Made by a program: the position numbers and the translations under genes. A stretch of 64,000 bases of DNA from Epithemia pelagica (Eukaryota > Protista > Bacillariophyta): NCBI GenBank assembly GCA_946965045.2, contig OX337238.1:620001-684000 (forward strand), read 5' to 3'. Of the stretch, positions 10,026 to 23,039 are shown piece by piece (position 1 is the first letter of the stretch; each line of letters begins with the position of its first letter). The notes under the pieces were generated by a model. That model was not told where the DNA came from. It ran no database searches and was given only the letters and a program-made list of their open reading frames with translations.

Positions 10026-12186
10026 TTATGAAGAACCTTTGGCAGGTACCGGAAAATTGCGTTCGCACCCCGTTTGTTCAGATCCCTTTCGCTCTTTACC
10101 CTGGTACCCATACTGTGCCACATGAAAGAGCCAATCCAACGTGACAATGTGCAATTTCCATTCGACGGCTTTCTCGTACTTTGCGGAAGCAGCAAAAGGA
10201 TGATTTCCACCCGTGAAGCACACAATCAAATGAGTCGTATGATCCCGCACAATCGATTCGTCATATGTGGCATCCATGTCTCGTATCAAGTGTGTCACAG
10301 CCGTTCGCAGCGATCCGGCCTGCAAACCTGTCATGGCAATTCGAACAACGAGATTTCCTTTTCCCTGCTTCCCCTGGAAACGTTGAAGTGGCCACGGTTG
10401 CGGTTGGAATAGGACCGGTGGATACGACTTTTGATTCGTCCCCGACATGGATACCAGTTTCGATTCGGTCACGCAGGTGGACAACCATGTGGGTGTGACA
10501 AAGGTCCAATCACACAAGTGTTTCACTTGTCCTAGGTTGGAATGCATGGCCCAATTGGATTCGACATTGCCACCCCAACAAACCACATAGGCTTTTCGTT
10601 TCTTGGTCTTGTGTTTTATCTTTTTCTGTTTGGTCAGCATGCTGTGATGGCTGCTCCGTTGTGAAGCGGCAGCCTCGTCCACTAGTAAAGCCTCGGCAAT
10701 TTCCGCTGTCAAGAGTTGTCCACCATTCGATAGGATCAACCCTTCCAAATCCTTGGTGTTGTAGTCAATGGCCGATGGCGGTGGTGCCACACGTAGCAGC
10801 GTAAAGAGACAGTGACAAAAGAGTGAGCTGTTGGATTGGGGTGGTCGTTTCCGTTTCTTGGCAGCTCCACCTGACGGATCAACCTGCTGTTTGGCCTTGA
10901 CAGGAGGAATTGGTACATCCGATACATATCGCGGTTCGTATCCTGTCGTGTCTACCAGTTCATTGGCCTGCCAACATTCCAAAATCCAACGAGGAGAGAT
11001 GATGGTAGGCGCATTCGGGTGTTCACCTTGCATCAGCTTTGCGGCATCGCTGCAGAGGCAAAGAAAAAACATGCACAATGAGAAAAAAGAGTATACTCGT
11101 CACCAACAGCTGCTGTGATGAGGTAACACATACCGAACACTTTCATTGCAACAACCATCCGGTATTACAACGTGTGTGATATGGTAGTTGAAGGTCCATG
11201 CTATTCTTCCCATTCCACCCCGAATGAGCTGACACAGCAGCTGACCATTCTTCCAGAGAACTTGGTCGTCCGTGATCTCGCCATCATGGTCAAACGACAA
11301 CAAGATAAAGTGACAAGGCAAGAACAACGTATGTCGCTCAATATCGACTGGGTGTGATTGAAATACACGTTCAAGTTGTTCCTCCAGTCTAGGTAAAGAC
11401 TGATGGGCCATGTCAGTCGCTCCAGTTTCATCAGCAACGCAGCCTCTCCCAGGGATATCCTCGGATTCGAGATTGTTTCCATCCTTTGGACCATCAGAAA
11501 ACAAATGGTCTTGGGGTCGTACAGGAATCCACTCTTTACATTGGTAGCACTCGTCGAGCCATGCCGGTCGTACAACCTGAATTCCTCCCTCACCTGCGTC
11601 GGCTTTGGCAGCTTCGTACTTGGGACCTTCGGCTTTTTTGGCGACTAAATGAGTATTTTTGGCCGTGTCGAGATTGCGAGTGTACCTGCAAACCAAAGGG
11701 CAACAAAACCCACACACACCCAGAATCGCCCAAGGAATCCAAGGAAAATGACACAAACAACAAATTCATGAGGAAGGATCATGGACTTTAATACTACTGT
11801 AGATACCAAAAGACGTACACTCCTCCTAACTGATCAATCCAGGCATGGAGGACATCCTTTTCCTCCTTGGGAAATCCAGTCAAACAAATGACGGGGCGTC
11901 GTTGTTGGTCGTTGCTCGGACCATCTTGTCGAATTTTCCGACTGCCGTTGCTTGAAGCTGCATGCAAGGCAGATTTCATCACAAAAATAGGTTCTGGAGT
12001 TCTTGGTGGTCTGCCTTGTTTGGGTTGGAAAGTGACGGCTATCGTATTCGTAACCTGAGCGTAATGGAGGACTTCATGGTCGTACGTCCTTTCCATTGCG
12101 GAGGAAGAGTTCGTTCCAATGCTGATCGCTCCTAAGTCGCCGTTTCCAAAAATGTTCACTTTTTGTCCAAGATTTTGTTTCGACAT
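10026..12186 (-). CDS. Multi-BRCT DNA replication/checkpoint protein (TopBP1/Rad4/Dpb11-like), join(12186..11819,11685..11134,11049..10026), ~647 aa; true start may lie further upstream
   Basis: Phase-compatible introns 11818-11686 (gtacgt..tgcag) and 11133-11050 (gtatgt..tgcag). Several BRCT signatures: ICLTGF..WIDQLGG, THLVA..KYEAA..VVRPAWLDEC, IISPRWILECW, FVTPTWLSTC, TTHLIV..KYEKAVEWKLHIVTLDWL. Confidence 0.8.
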
Positions 12187-13642
12187 CTGTCAAAAGTCAA
12201 AAATCCATGACGACGTCTCTCATTCAACACAGCAGATCGACTGGGCTCTTGTGCATCGGGTATGCATCGGTACGAACGATGAAGAGACGAATCTAAAACA
12301 AACTTCTGATCATGCAGACTACGTGACGGGTTGGATCAACAGCCAGAGTTGTGGTGCTGTCGCGATACGATACGTTCTTGATTCTCTCCTCTCACATCCA
12401 CCATGACAGGAGGGGGTGAGACCAACGTTAGAGGGAACAGAACAAAACGATCTCAACTTGTGGAGAGAATGTCGTTGAAATGATTCTGTTGTCTCAAACA
12501 GGTCATGATATTACGTAGTGTCTATTGATTCGGAGAAGTGTTCGAGGATGGAGTGACTCGTGTGATGGAACAACCCAATCCTGCCCTAAACGAAGGCTGT
12601 CGTACACGGACGGTTGTTGAACTGTGGAAAACGCGGTGTTTTCCTCAACTATATCGGAGATTCTGGCTGAACCTGGTCTACACGTGAGGAATGAAAGGGC
12701 TTGGTGAATTCTTTTCTGTCGATAAAACAATGGTTTGCTTGCCTGACACATGCGGCGAAACCGAGCGAAGGATTGCCACGCATGGCCATGCGACCAAAGG
12801 AAGAGGTTCCCGTCCATGACTTGGACATGTTGAGTTTGATTAGAAACGGAACGTACCTCTCAAGTCCTGACATTTCCCAGTGCTAGGTGCATGGCGACTC
12901 TTCATCGTCGATAGACTCAAGCTTGTTGAATTGGGGTTGTTGCAAGTTTCCAGTGTACTGCCGCAACCGATTCTTATGGATCGCACGAAGCCGTTCATGA
13001 ATCATATTTGCTTGCCTCGACAGACAGTAATCAGCCCCATGTCTTGGTACAGTCTGCTTTGAAATTGATGACATTTCTTGAAAGTGTTGTCTAATTTGCC
13101 GTGCTGTCGACTTTGTTGAACTTGATAGGACGAGTGCATTCACGAAGCTGATGGCCGAAACCGGGTGCTTGACGAAGAAATCCGTGTCCGCAGTAATGAA
13201 AACGAGAAAAGTACACAAATAAATGCCGCAACAACGAGAGGCCAGGAAGACTTCATCACTGCAATATCGCAGCTTGTTCATCTCGTGCATGGTCGAAATT
13301 TGAAGATTATCCAATGTTCTATTAAGATCACGACAGAACTATCGAACTAACCAATGCTGTGGAATGCTGACCAGTGTTCATAACACTATGCCATATGCAT
13401 GGACTAGCGTTTGGCAGATATAACGAAATTAATGCACGCTACAAAGTGGAACGACAAGGCCGAATCATAGCTTGTTCTTACCTTATTTCTGGAAGGTCCG
13501 ACTTTCACGTCCGTACGTCGTTGATTGATGCTTCCCTTTGGTTATGAACGTCCGTACGCCGTTGATGCTATTGAAGCCCCAAGATCTTATGCTCAGGTTT
13601 TGGTGTGAAAGGTCAATCCGTGTTCCATTTTGTTTCAGTACA

Positions 13643-16487
13643 ATGACGCTGCGAGACAAGGCACTTCAGTCCGGGCTTGTGTTTGTCGACGATGAAAACG
13701 ATCTGGTATCGCAATGGAATATGGACGACTGGCCGCCCTTGTTGGGTGGGTGGCGTGCATTCCTTGCGACGGTTGTGCTGGATCATCCCGAAAAGGACAA
13801 TGCACAAACTGTTGTAGTCGTGGGAGGACAGAAAGGCAAGAGGAGAGGCGACAGCACCAATTCAGCTCTTGTATTGAACTTGGACGACGAGAACAAACAG
13901 TGGCAGGAAGGACCCCCTTTGAATCAAAGTCGACAGGAACATGCAGCTGTTGTTTGCAACGGAGGAGTTTATGTCATTGGAGGAAGGGCGAGTGGAGATT
14001 CATGGTCGCACAGTATTGAACGAATTGATGTTGGAGATTTGCTGCAATCACCCTCAACCAACAATACTCCAAGGCATTGGGCGCAATTGAACTCTCGATT
14101 GTCCACGGCAGTCGGTGGACGTTCATGTTCGGCTGTTTCTGTTTGTGATCGATATATTGTAGTCATGGCAGGAATCTCCGTTCAAATTATTGATACGGCT
14201 CTGCAAAGCAACCACGCTGTCATTGCGGGGCCATCTCTGACAGATGATCGACAATACTGTGCAAGTGCTGTCGTTGGAACTCGGATCTTTGATGTTGGAG
14301 AATCGATCGCATATTTCGATGTCCAGAAGCCTTCAGACACGGACACGAACGAGACTGCTTGTACAGTCTTTCCTTCGTCATCTGCTTGGACTCTTCACAG
14401 AAGTCTTGTTCTTTCCATTAGACGAAGTCAACACGAAGCAGTGTCGGTTGGATCTTGCATCCTTGTTGCAGGAGGTTGTAGCGGGTCGGCGATTGTGGAG
14501 GTATTGGACACTGAACGCAACATTGTGTGGACCCTTCCACACTTGAGCACAGGGCGGAATGGCTGTAGTATTGTTGTTGTCTCTGATGGAATTGCTGTGA
14601 TTGGTGGATTCGGTGTCGATTCTTGCGCTACACTCCCTCTAATCGACAGGAAAGAACAACTCATGGTACGTTTCATGCAGTTTATGCAGTATGCTTGCGT
14701 ATGGCATTTGTGGAATCACTGACTTTTTTTATGTATCTCATGCTTCAAAATATGCATAGAACACGTTTTCTTGTCGTTCGGAACTTGACGTGCATATAGA
14801 GAAAGCTCATACAACAATTGAACGCGCCAAGGTGGAGTACAGGGACGAAGAGGTTTTGGGTCAGGGTGCTAAGGCGCAATTGTTGCTGCCCATTTTGGAA
14901 TCTCTTTACGACAATGAGAAGTTCTACTCGGTCCAAGAACTACGAGAGAAGATTGAAGAGCTAACTGATAGGATGGAAAACATGGATGCCATTCAAGATA
15001 GGATTCCGCTCGTCCAAAAAGTAAAGAAACTCACATCGCTTCTTGAACAAAATGGAGTGGCAGCTGAGGACAAAAAAATTCCAGGTAGCAAGCAAGGATC
15101 GCATGGAGGATCAGAACAATGTGTTCCATGTGCTGACACCTTTTATAAGAAAGTTGTTGATCCCGAGGACATAAACTTACAACTACATGAGTTATCTTTG
15201 CTGGTTTCAAACCTGAATCAAGTGAAAGTATTCTATACTTACCTAAATCATATGCGTCGGTGCAAGAATCTTTCTGCCGAAGATTGGCAACGGTACTCCA
15301 TGAATGCGTTGCAGCAAGCTTGCCTGAACACGCCCACGAACTACTCTGCTGCTACCGACTTCGAACGAATTGTTAGCAAATTTCGGAAGGACGGTATGTT
15401 TGTTAACGAAAATATTATGCGTAGCATTGGCATCAATCCGATGTCCTCAGCCCCGATACTCATGCCGAACCAAGAGACCCAGTCGGAACCGTCAGAATTC
15501 CGAGTTGGGCAAATCCTCCCCTTGAATGCACTGAAAGCTGAGGAGACTGCAGAAGGCTTTCCTGTTCTCATGCACGTTCAAGCGTTGGGCAGGTCTCTTA
15601 AAGAGCTTTGTTCCGCAGTTGAGGCACGAGATGATAATCATGTGGCTGTTGCAGTTATCTGCTCCATTTTGAATGCCTTGTCTTTTGGTCGTTCTACGCG
15701 GTCTCACAACGATTCGAAACAGCCTTACGTGAATACAGTGCTTGATCAGATTGTGGATTATTGCGACGTTGACCATATTTGTTCTGTTTTGGATCAAAGT
15801 GGAAATGAAACTTTGCATAAGGTATACCAGGAGGGTGTTGCCTATGTAGACAGGGCGAGGACTACAGCAAAGAATGATGACAAGAGTATGGAGGAGAATG
15901 ATGGAACCCAGCTTTTGGTCGCTGTCATGGGTGGTTTGGCCAATGGAATAACAAAACTTGCGGGTACAACTACAAGATATGAAGGTGACATGGATGTGGA
16001 AAACCTTGAATCAGTTACGTTTTTAGCGTTAATTGTCACAGCCAAAATGGTCCAATTGGTGGAACCAGCTGTGCAGCTGGAAGTTTCCAATGTTAGCAAC
16101 GTGGATAATCCTGAAACCGATGTGAGCAACACAGGTGGCAGACGTCAAACAAATGGCCCATCCGCTGAATTGAGTCCTTCTGGTGTCGTCTCAGCAAATT
16201 CTGCGGGCTCTATCGGTATGGGTGAATCTGAAAAGGATGTGAAGAAAGCATTTGGCCAAAGTCCACCAACGACAAACGTCTCACCCTCTGAATGCGGGCC
16301 TTCCACTGTAATTGCCGTTTCTCGTTCTTCTGGGCGGTCCCTAGGAGACCACGCGATGACGCTACAAGAACGTATGTCAGCTCTGGAAGAGTCCGTTGCA
16401 ACAATCGTGGAGGAAATCAAGATATCGAACAGACACCATGCCAAGTTGGTTGAGATGTTGGAGAAATTCGACAATCACCAGAGCTAA
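13643..16487 (+). CDS. Kelch-repeat protein fused to a long uncharacterised helical C-terminal region, join(13643..14665,14760..16487), 916 aa
   Basis: Kelch GG motifs (VVVVGG, VYVIGG, ILVAGG, IAVIGG). Phase-0 intron gtacgt (14666) to catag (14759) joins the two long ORFs in frame. Confidence 0.8.
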
Positions 16488-17179
16488 ATGGAGGAACTTC
16501 TTGGATACAATTGATGAATGAGCAGTTCTGAAGTAACACACCTTGCTGAGACATGTTTAAGCTTGGTAGATGAAAAGGTTACACACTTTATAGATGTCTC
16601 GTTAATAAACTGTTGTACAATTCCATGACTTCCCATGCTCATGCAACGCACAGACTAAGACTCGCTGTACATAATGGCTCAGCAAATGCACTGTTCTGAA
16701 TCAACATTAAGGGATTCCATTCGTCGCGGGCAGCATTCTTCGTCGTTGCGAATCGTTCCTTTGCACCTCGAAGTGCTGAAATCGGAACGGCTTAACAGAC
16801 TATTTTACTCGTGCTTCTAGCCCTGGACTCTGGAATCATGTTTCCTCCAGTGAAACAGAAGAAAGTTCTCGGTGAAAAGTACCTCCTCAAAAGAATCTTC
16901 TGCTGGTATACTTTCCGACATCGCAACTTGAAAAGTTGTACGCTCGAGCCCATTCGAACATGGGAGTCGCTGGGACCAACAGAGAAGGAAACTCACTTCT
17001 GGGTCCAATGTCCTATGCCACTTTCGTCCGCCATTGTGACGAAGAGACAAAAGTACTCGGGTACCAGAACGTCACCTAGGGGAGATAGGAAAACAGATTC
17101 ATTTCATAGTTTGGCTCTGTTTCATGCCACTTCCATCCACTGTTTTTACAAGGAAACAAAGCTTGAATCGTTGCTGCTT

Positions 17180-18797
17180 CTAAAGGAGCAATGCGCCCGA
17201 ATTCTGCCGATCGGTGTCCACCAGACGATCTCCTTTGGCAATCAAAAGACGAGTTTCTTTCAAAATACGACGCACGTTCTCCAGTGAATTACCCAATGCA
17301 CCGTATCGAATCATGTGGATCTGCTTCAATTGTTCCGTCCAAAATCTTACCTTGGACAAATTTTTGGACGGATCGGATGCCGCTGCGTGCATTTGACTAG
17401 CTGTTTCATAGCACCAATGCAAAATCTGGAAAAAGAGAAAGAGACAGACAGCAATTTCCATTTCCATAAGAAAAGAGAGCTCGTACACCCGCTTTTCCGT
17501 CAAGCTATCAACTTACAGAAATGTGTTCTGTACTGGCGTGATGGGCCGTGCAACAACTCAAATGCATGTGCATAGCAAGAATAAGGAGAGCTGGTTTGGT
17601 TCTCAAGTCCTGTTCCTGGTTTAACCGCTTTATATACATTGGAAGGTAGGACATCCTCACGAACGATTTGACCGTGTTGGAGAGGAATTTTAGAGGCATC
17701 AACTTTTGTTCCACAACGTTGATGCACTGGGAGGGATTGGGGTTTGAAGGACTTAGCAGCGCTTCGTTTTCATTCAAAATGTCCGCCACGTACGTAGAAT
17801 CATACAACTCCTTTTGTTCCGTCTCGCACCGTTTGCAATAGCATGTAAACTTGTACAGTTGTTGCAATGCAAGCTGTCGCTGAGGAAGTGGTTGGGTTGG
17901 GGGAATGTAGCTCCAAACAATTTCCTCACCCTTTGCAATGGCCGAGGACGAATGCACAATCATGACACTATTATCAAGGCCACCAAACACGCGCACCGCG
18001 TTAGCTAAACACGAATGATTGATCATGGCTGCCAGAGGGTAGAGTCCCAATAAACGTGGTGGTAATTTGGATGGGCTTTTCTTGTCTTTCTCCAATCGGA
18101 GTGCTTGCTCCATGTTTTGATACGAACAAAGGCCGTCTGGACCAAAAGCGTTCTGACGAATGATTTGTAACAAATCGTTTTCAGTCATTGGTGGAAGGTC
18201 AGTGCCGGAATATTTTTCCTCATCATCTGCATCACCTTCAATCGCGTTCAGTCGATTCATGGAAGGAATGATGTCATCCTGAGATAACGTCGAACCCGTC
18301 AGACAAGTAAAACTGGCAGCAACCAACCTTCTATTGTCATTCGAGGGTGCCATTTTGAGATATTCGTGCATAGATTCAATCAATACTTTTTCACTGCATT
18401 CTTCCAACAAACTTCTTCCCGTTCTTGTTTCATTTTGGTCGTTTTGTTGTTTGTTTTGCCAAAGCGACGTGACAACCCTGGTGGAAGCTTGAAGAGTGGG
18501 AGGAGTGGCAAACAAGAGCTCTCCTACAGCAATATCTCGCGTAGCAATGAGGCCACGACGCCCTCGTGGAGTGCCTCCTTCCTCAGTTTTTGTCGTTGAA
18601 GTGCGAGCCACCTTTACTGGGCCCACAAAGGATGGCTCGTCGCCGATGCTTTTATCACCGTCATTCTTGATCCCGATAGATGCCTCTGCGAAGAAGAGAT
18701 TCGACACGTCGACGGGGTCTTCCACCAAGAGTTGGCGGCGACAACCACTAGAAGATCGACCTTTGCCGCCGGCAAACGAAGCTGACAACTCCGCCAT
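17180..18797 (-). CDS. SET-domain (SMYD-like) lysine methyltransferase, join(18797..17517,17425..17180), ~508 aa
   Basis: RGLIATRDIAVGELL, AMINHSC, GEEIVWSY and post-SET FTCYCKRC. Phase-0 intron gtaagt (17516) to tccag (17426). Start Met uncertain. Confidence 0.85.
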
Positions 18798-19175
18798 TGT
18801 TCTAACTTCTTGCGTCAGAAAAAAATGGGATGCAATGTTATGCCGGCGGGAATGGGGCATGGAGTCAGGCGACAACGAAGCGTCTGAAAATCTTTTTATT
18901 TGGGGAATCAAACTATATAAGAAAACATAACCGTTGAGGTGTACAAAAATGCGTGACTCTAGAAAGTTTGACGTATCCTCTCTACAATACATATTACGTC
19001 TTCTGCTACCCACTAGCCACTCTTATGAAGGAGTAGAAGGATGGATCTTTCCTCCGACAACTTAGTGAATACTTGAGACGGACGGGGATACGGATACTGA
19101 TAAAATGACACTCGACGATGCTGCAATCGAATGTCGCTATAGCCTAGTAAAGTACTCTAATTTTCTCAAAAGAGC

Positions 19176-21581
19176 TCAGTTTCTTCTGCGCCCGGTTTTT
19201 CGAGAAGGCCCACCACTCGATACAGCTGCCATGTGTGCTGTACTTCGTTCTCCATCCGCACTGTTGTTGTGATCATTGTTGCGAGCTGCTTGTCGCGCAG
19301 CCACATCCAACTTGGCGGCATCCTTTTCCGAAACACCACCTTGCGCACCCTTGTGTTGTTGCTGATTCTGGCGATTGCGACGACGTCGATTATACGACCG
19401 CTCGTACTTGGGTAACCATCGTTCTGGATCAGGCTGCTGCGTTCGAAATGGACTCTTGGTTTCTTCCAATTTCGCCAAATACTCTTCTCGTTTCCTAGCA
19501 CGTCGTCGCAAGACGGCTTCGTGGCTCTTTTTGTTGGTCTTGACTCCACTAGACGTTTCTGTCAAACCCACAGATCCACCCGATCTTGGTTTGCTGGATT
19601 TTAATCTTGGCAATTCCTTCAGTTCCAACTCGGCCCCATTTGCAAACTCCGTTTCGTCTTGCGTATCAAGCTCTGGTTCCAAACTCGTCCATTCCTTGTA
19701 CGCCTGCTCGGGGTTCACATAGGACAATGCCTGGACGTACCTAGCCCGTGATACGACATCCGTACGCCCTTGACAGATATCGGCGACTTCCTCGTATTTG
19801 CCTTGCGTCAAGAGGAAATCACTCAAGGCTTCTTCGTTGCCCGATTCCTTCAAAATCTGGTGTGCCTTTTCTTCTTGGCCGAGCTTGTGATGCAAAGACG
19901 CCAAAGTTGCAATGACTGCCTTCTCACCTTGGATGGATTCGGGAAGTGACTGCAACATGCGAATGCTCATCTCGGAACTCACACCGTCGGGGTTTTCTAT
20001 GAGGAGGCAATGTGTATTGACATAAAGGAGCAAGTGCCCAATGACATCATCTTCCATGGTGTCGTCCTGCGACGGTTTCATCGACGCAGCTTGTGCGGTC
20101 AGAGTCTCAATCTGCGATTGAAGACGTCGGACGGCCCCATCCCGTTGTCCCTTTTTGACCAGGCACAGACTCTCCAAGAGGGCCAGACGACAACCCCAAA
20201 ACAAGGATTCCATGTGCGACATGGAAATTTTGATCTTATTGGTCGCTCCGTTGGAACTTGCTTGGTCCGAAGACTCTTGTGGCGTATTCTTATTGGCCTT
20301 CTTTTTACTTTTGTTGGCGTTGACCACTTGCATGCACTGAGACCATTCGTCGCACGTTTTTTGACATTCCTCTATTTGATCCGCTCGATAGAGTAAAACG
20401 GCGCGATTGTACCAAAGCAAATTGTTTTGCAAGGGTACAAACAGCTTGTCTGATGGTTTGGGCAAGAGTCGAACGGCATCCCCTGCCTTTTGTGGTTGCA
20501 AGGTTGCCGTATTCAAAGCTTGATTGCCCAATGCTACCATACGTGTGGCCATGGAAGCCTGTTTCGTTGATGACAACGACGAGGAAGCCATGCTTCCTCC
20601 TTGCCACAACAAACGGCTCCATTCTAAATTCCATTCCATGGGAGCCAATTGTTTGGAAATCTCTTCGGTAGTCCATTCTTCGGCTGCTCCCAGTTCCTGC
20701 GTCTTTTCCATGGCCGATTGCATCCAACCCCTTCCTTCCTGGACGACCCGGCCATCGTGACCCGCCGTACACAAATCGTAAGTTGCCATGTTATACGCCA
20801 AATCAGCGGCATAGTCGAGACCTTGCGTATTGCTCGTGTCGCCCGTTTTCTTCTTTTTCAAGTTGTCTTGTTCCTCCAAGACATTGGCCAGTTGCGTTCG
20901 ATGGGTCGCCAAGGCATCGACCGATCGCAAAAAGGGTATCATGTGAGAACACGAGAGAGCCACCACATTGTTCAAGAGTTGCAAGGTTTCTGTCATGGAA
21001 GAAGTAGCATCATGTGAAGGCCGATCCTCTTGTTGCTCTAGTAGATTGCAATATACGCCATAGGCTCCAGTGTAGTCTTGCATATGATACATGGCTTGCG
21101 CTTCAATATGCTGAAATAGCCATGAATCCATGGAATTCTCCTCTGCTTGTGGTGAGGAAGAAGAAGATGTCTTTTTGACCGCACCGGCAGCAGCTTGTTT
21201 GGCTGCCTCATAACGTTCCAAGCGATACATGCCATAGACACGCGCTGGTTCCAATTGATTGGCTACATAGAGTGGAGCCACGGCATTTTTCGCTGTCTGT
21301 CCTTGCTTTCGATTGGCTTGTTGTTTCGTAAAGGCTTGCGAGAGAAGCTGGACGACTCGATCAAACTCTCCTTCAATCAAAAGTGATTTGACATAGATAT
21401 CGTACACTGCCATGACAATTGCTTGATCTGATTCTCGATTGGGGTCCAGTCGATCTTCAAACAAGAGAGAGGGACCAATGGTTTGTACAATTTTGCCATG
21501 GTCTTCTTCGGCTGCCGCTTGTCGCAACTCTTTTAACAGATCCAGTGTCTGTTCTGTCACTGGAGGTATATCGGTTGTCAT
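19176..21581 (-). CDS. SRP72: Signal recognition particle subunit SRP72 (801 aa)
   Basis: TPR-like helical body, basic cluster and the diagnostic SRP RNA-binding motif QPDPERWLPKYERS near the C-terminus. Confidence 0.9.
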   Translation of the reverse strand: MTTDIPPVTEQTLDLLKELRQAAAEEDHGKIVQTIGPSLLFEDRLDPNRESDQAIVMAVYDIYVKSLLIEGEFDRVVQLLSQAFTKQQANRKQGQTAKNAVAPLYVANQLEPARVYGMYRLERYEAAKQAAAGAVKKTSSSSSPQAEENSMDSWLFQHIEAQAMYHMQDYTGAYGVYCNLLEQQEDRPSHDATSSMTETLQLLNNVVALSCSHMIPFLRSVDALATHRTQLANVLEEQDNLKKKKTGDTSNTQGLDYAADLAYNMATYDLCTAGHDGRVVQEGRGWMQSAMEKTQELGAAEEWTTEEISKQLAPMEWNLEWSRLLWQGGSMASSSLSSTKQASMATRMVALGNQALNTATLQPQKAGDAVRLLPKPSDKLFVPLQNNLLWYNRAVLLYRADQIEECQKTCDEWSQCMQVVNANKSKKKANKNTPQESSDQASSNGATNKIKISMSHMESLFWGCRLALLESLCLVKKGQRDGAVRRLQSQIETLTAQAASMKPSQDDTMEDDVIGHLLLYVNTHCLLIENPDGVSSEMSIRMLQSLPESIQGEKAVIATLASLHHKLGQEEKAHQILKESGNEEALSDFLLTQGKYEEVADICQGRTDVVSRARYVQALSYVNPEQAYKEWTSLEPELDTQDETEFANGAELELKELPRLKSSKPRSGGSVGLTETSSGVKTNKKSHEAVLRRRARKREEYLAKLEETKSPFRTQQPDPERWLPKYERSYNRRRRNRQNQQQHKGAQGGVSEKDAAKLDVAARQAARNNDHNNSADGERSTAHMAAVSSGGPSRKTGRRRN

Positions 21582-21948
21582 GGCGTTCTTTGTCAAGGGG
21601 AAAATCGAAGCCCTTCTCAATGGTTGTTTGTCGTGGTCGCAATTGTGAGATCATCGACTGCCGTGAAAATGACGGGCATGTCGTTCTCGCCACAACCACT
21701 CCATTTCTTTCCTCCGGGTCTTTTAAATGGCCTCAGCTGACAGAATGTCGGTTTACGATGTCAGTTTAAGTTTCGTCCGTCATATCCAGTCGCACTTACT
21801 GCGCGTTCGTGTTTTGCTGGCTGTGCGCTGTGCACGGTTTGTCGCGGTGCCACCATCATCGTCGCTGCGGTTGCGTTGTCGATCCCAACTTGCGAGAGAT
21901 TGAAAGACCAACAAAACGACAACTCAAACTCCCAGTATTATCATCATC
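21582..21948. promoter_or_regulatory. Probable bidirectional promoter (367 bp) between SRP72 and the 4-exon microgene
   Basis: Two head-to-head ATGs (21581 minus, 21949 plus) flank a short non-coding spacer. Confidence 0.5.
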
Positions 21949-22786
21949 ATGGCTGACAAAGTTCCCAATATTCCTGAAAACTGCCGTGTAAGTAAGAGAG
22001 AGGGTGTGCTACAAAGGATTACCGACATGAAAATATCGTTGGTGGTCGGCTCATCGGCAGCTAGTCTTCAACAAGGCTTTGAAATGGCAGTTTTAGAGCA
22101 AGGAGAATGGCTTAGAATGGACCAATCACACAGGATGTCACTTTAGATTTTCTTGGGGATGGAATCTTTGTCATAACGTGCTTCATCCTTGCGTTATGGT
22201 GGTGTTGTTGGTTGAATTTTATTTCTCTTTCATTGCACTCATTGCTGATTTTGTTGCCCACCCCTTGTTTATGCTTCTTATTTTCTAATCGTTTGGTTAC
22301 GGTAGCCTATGCTGAAGGAAGCATGGGCCCAGTTGCCCGAACAGTGGGCATCTCTGGAAAGTAAGTACATTTGGTGCCTTTGAATGTTTGGAGGTGGAGT
22401 GCGTCTTTTTTCTCACTGGATTTTCTTGGCCTGTTATCGAAAAGAAATGAAATACGATCAGAGCATGCGTGGAGAGGCAGGATACAAGGAGCGCGTAGCA
22501 CTCCGTGCATCGACTCACAAGACGTGGCGTCAAATGAAAGGAATGGAACGGGTCATGAACGAGGTACGAATAAAAACTGACTTGAACGTCTCACGGTTTC
22601 GGGAACGAATCTCACGTTGTCTTCTGTTTCTTGCAGATAAAACAACCTGGTGTCTACCCCTTTGTGATGGGCTTCGCCATTACCAGCGCTGCCTTTTACT
22701 ACCTTCATTTCAATTACGCCTTTACGGATGAAAACAAGGCCAATTCCAACTTCTGGCAACGCTTTCACGCCAAGAACGACAAATGA
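21949..22786 (+). CDS. Cryptic 4-exon small membrane protein (108 aa), candidate mitochondrial ATP synthase subunit i/j (plant '6 kDa' subunit-like), join(21949..21987,22306..22360,22481..22563,22637..22786)
   Basis: Three GT-AG introns (gtaagt 21988, gtaagt 22361, gtacga 22564) with matching phases 0/1/0. The C-terminal part GVYPFVMGFAITSAAFYYL..FTDENKANSNFWQRFH resembles the recalled plant 6-kDa subunit pattern WPFLTGFAVTG..LTEEDAKNSKFVQQH. Confidence 0.7.
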
Positions 22787-23039
22787 TTCCCTTACTTTCG
22801 TTGACCACCCACAACGCACAAGGTTACCATTCGTATAGTGGCTAATTCATGTTCTTGAACCAAATCCAAGAGTCTAATCAATCATCTTCTCCTAGGAATA
22901 ATTATTTGATTTGTTGATTACACTCGTGATTAACTGATATGTTGATAAAGATCTATCTAGATGTGGTATGGTCCCTTCGTTTTGTAACTGATCACGCACG
23001 TCTCCTGGAGTATTCCTGGCTTTGCTTTATAAACAGACT

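Noticed and set aside
12503-13314. Chain of short minus-strand ORFs that might be a decayed gene
   Set aside because: Several frames look protein-like, but none carries an identifiable motif, so a pseudogene call cannot be supported without a homology search.
13508-13566. Imperfect ~19-bp direct repeat ACGTCCGTACG(T/C)CGTTGAT upstream of the Kelch gene
   Set aside because: Only two copies, so it is not an array and cannot be interpreted functionally.
16850-17180. Stop-riddled plus-strand segment (LEKLYARAHSNMG...) vaguely like an integrase zinc-binding region
   Set aside because: Multiple stops, only a superficial resemblance, and no TIR, LTR or TSD.
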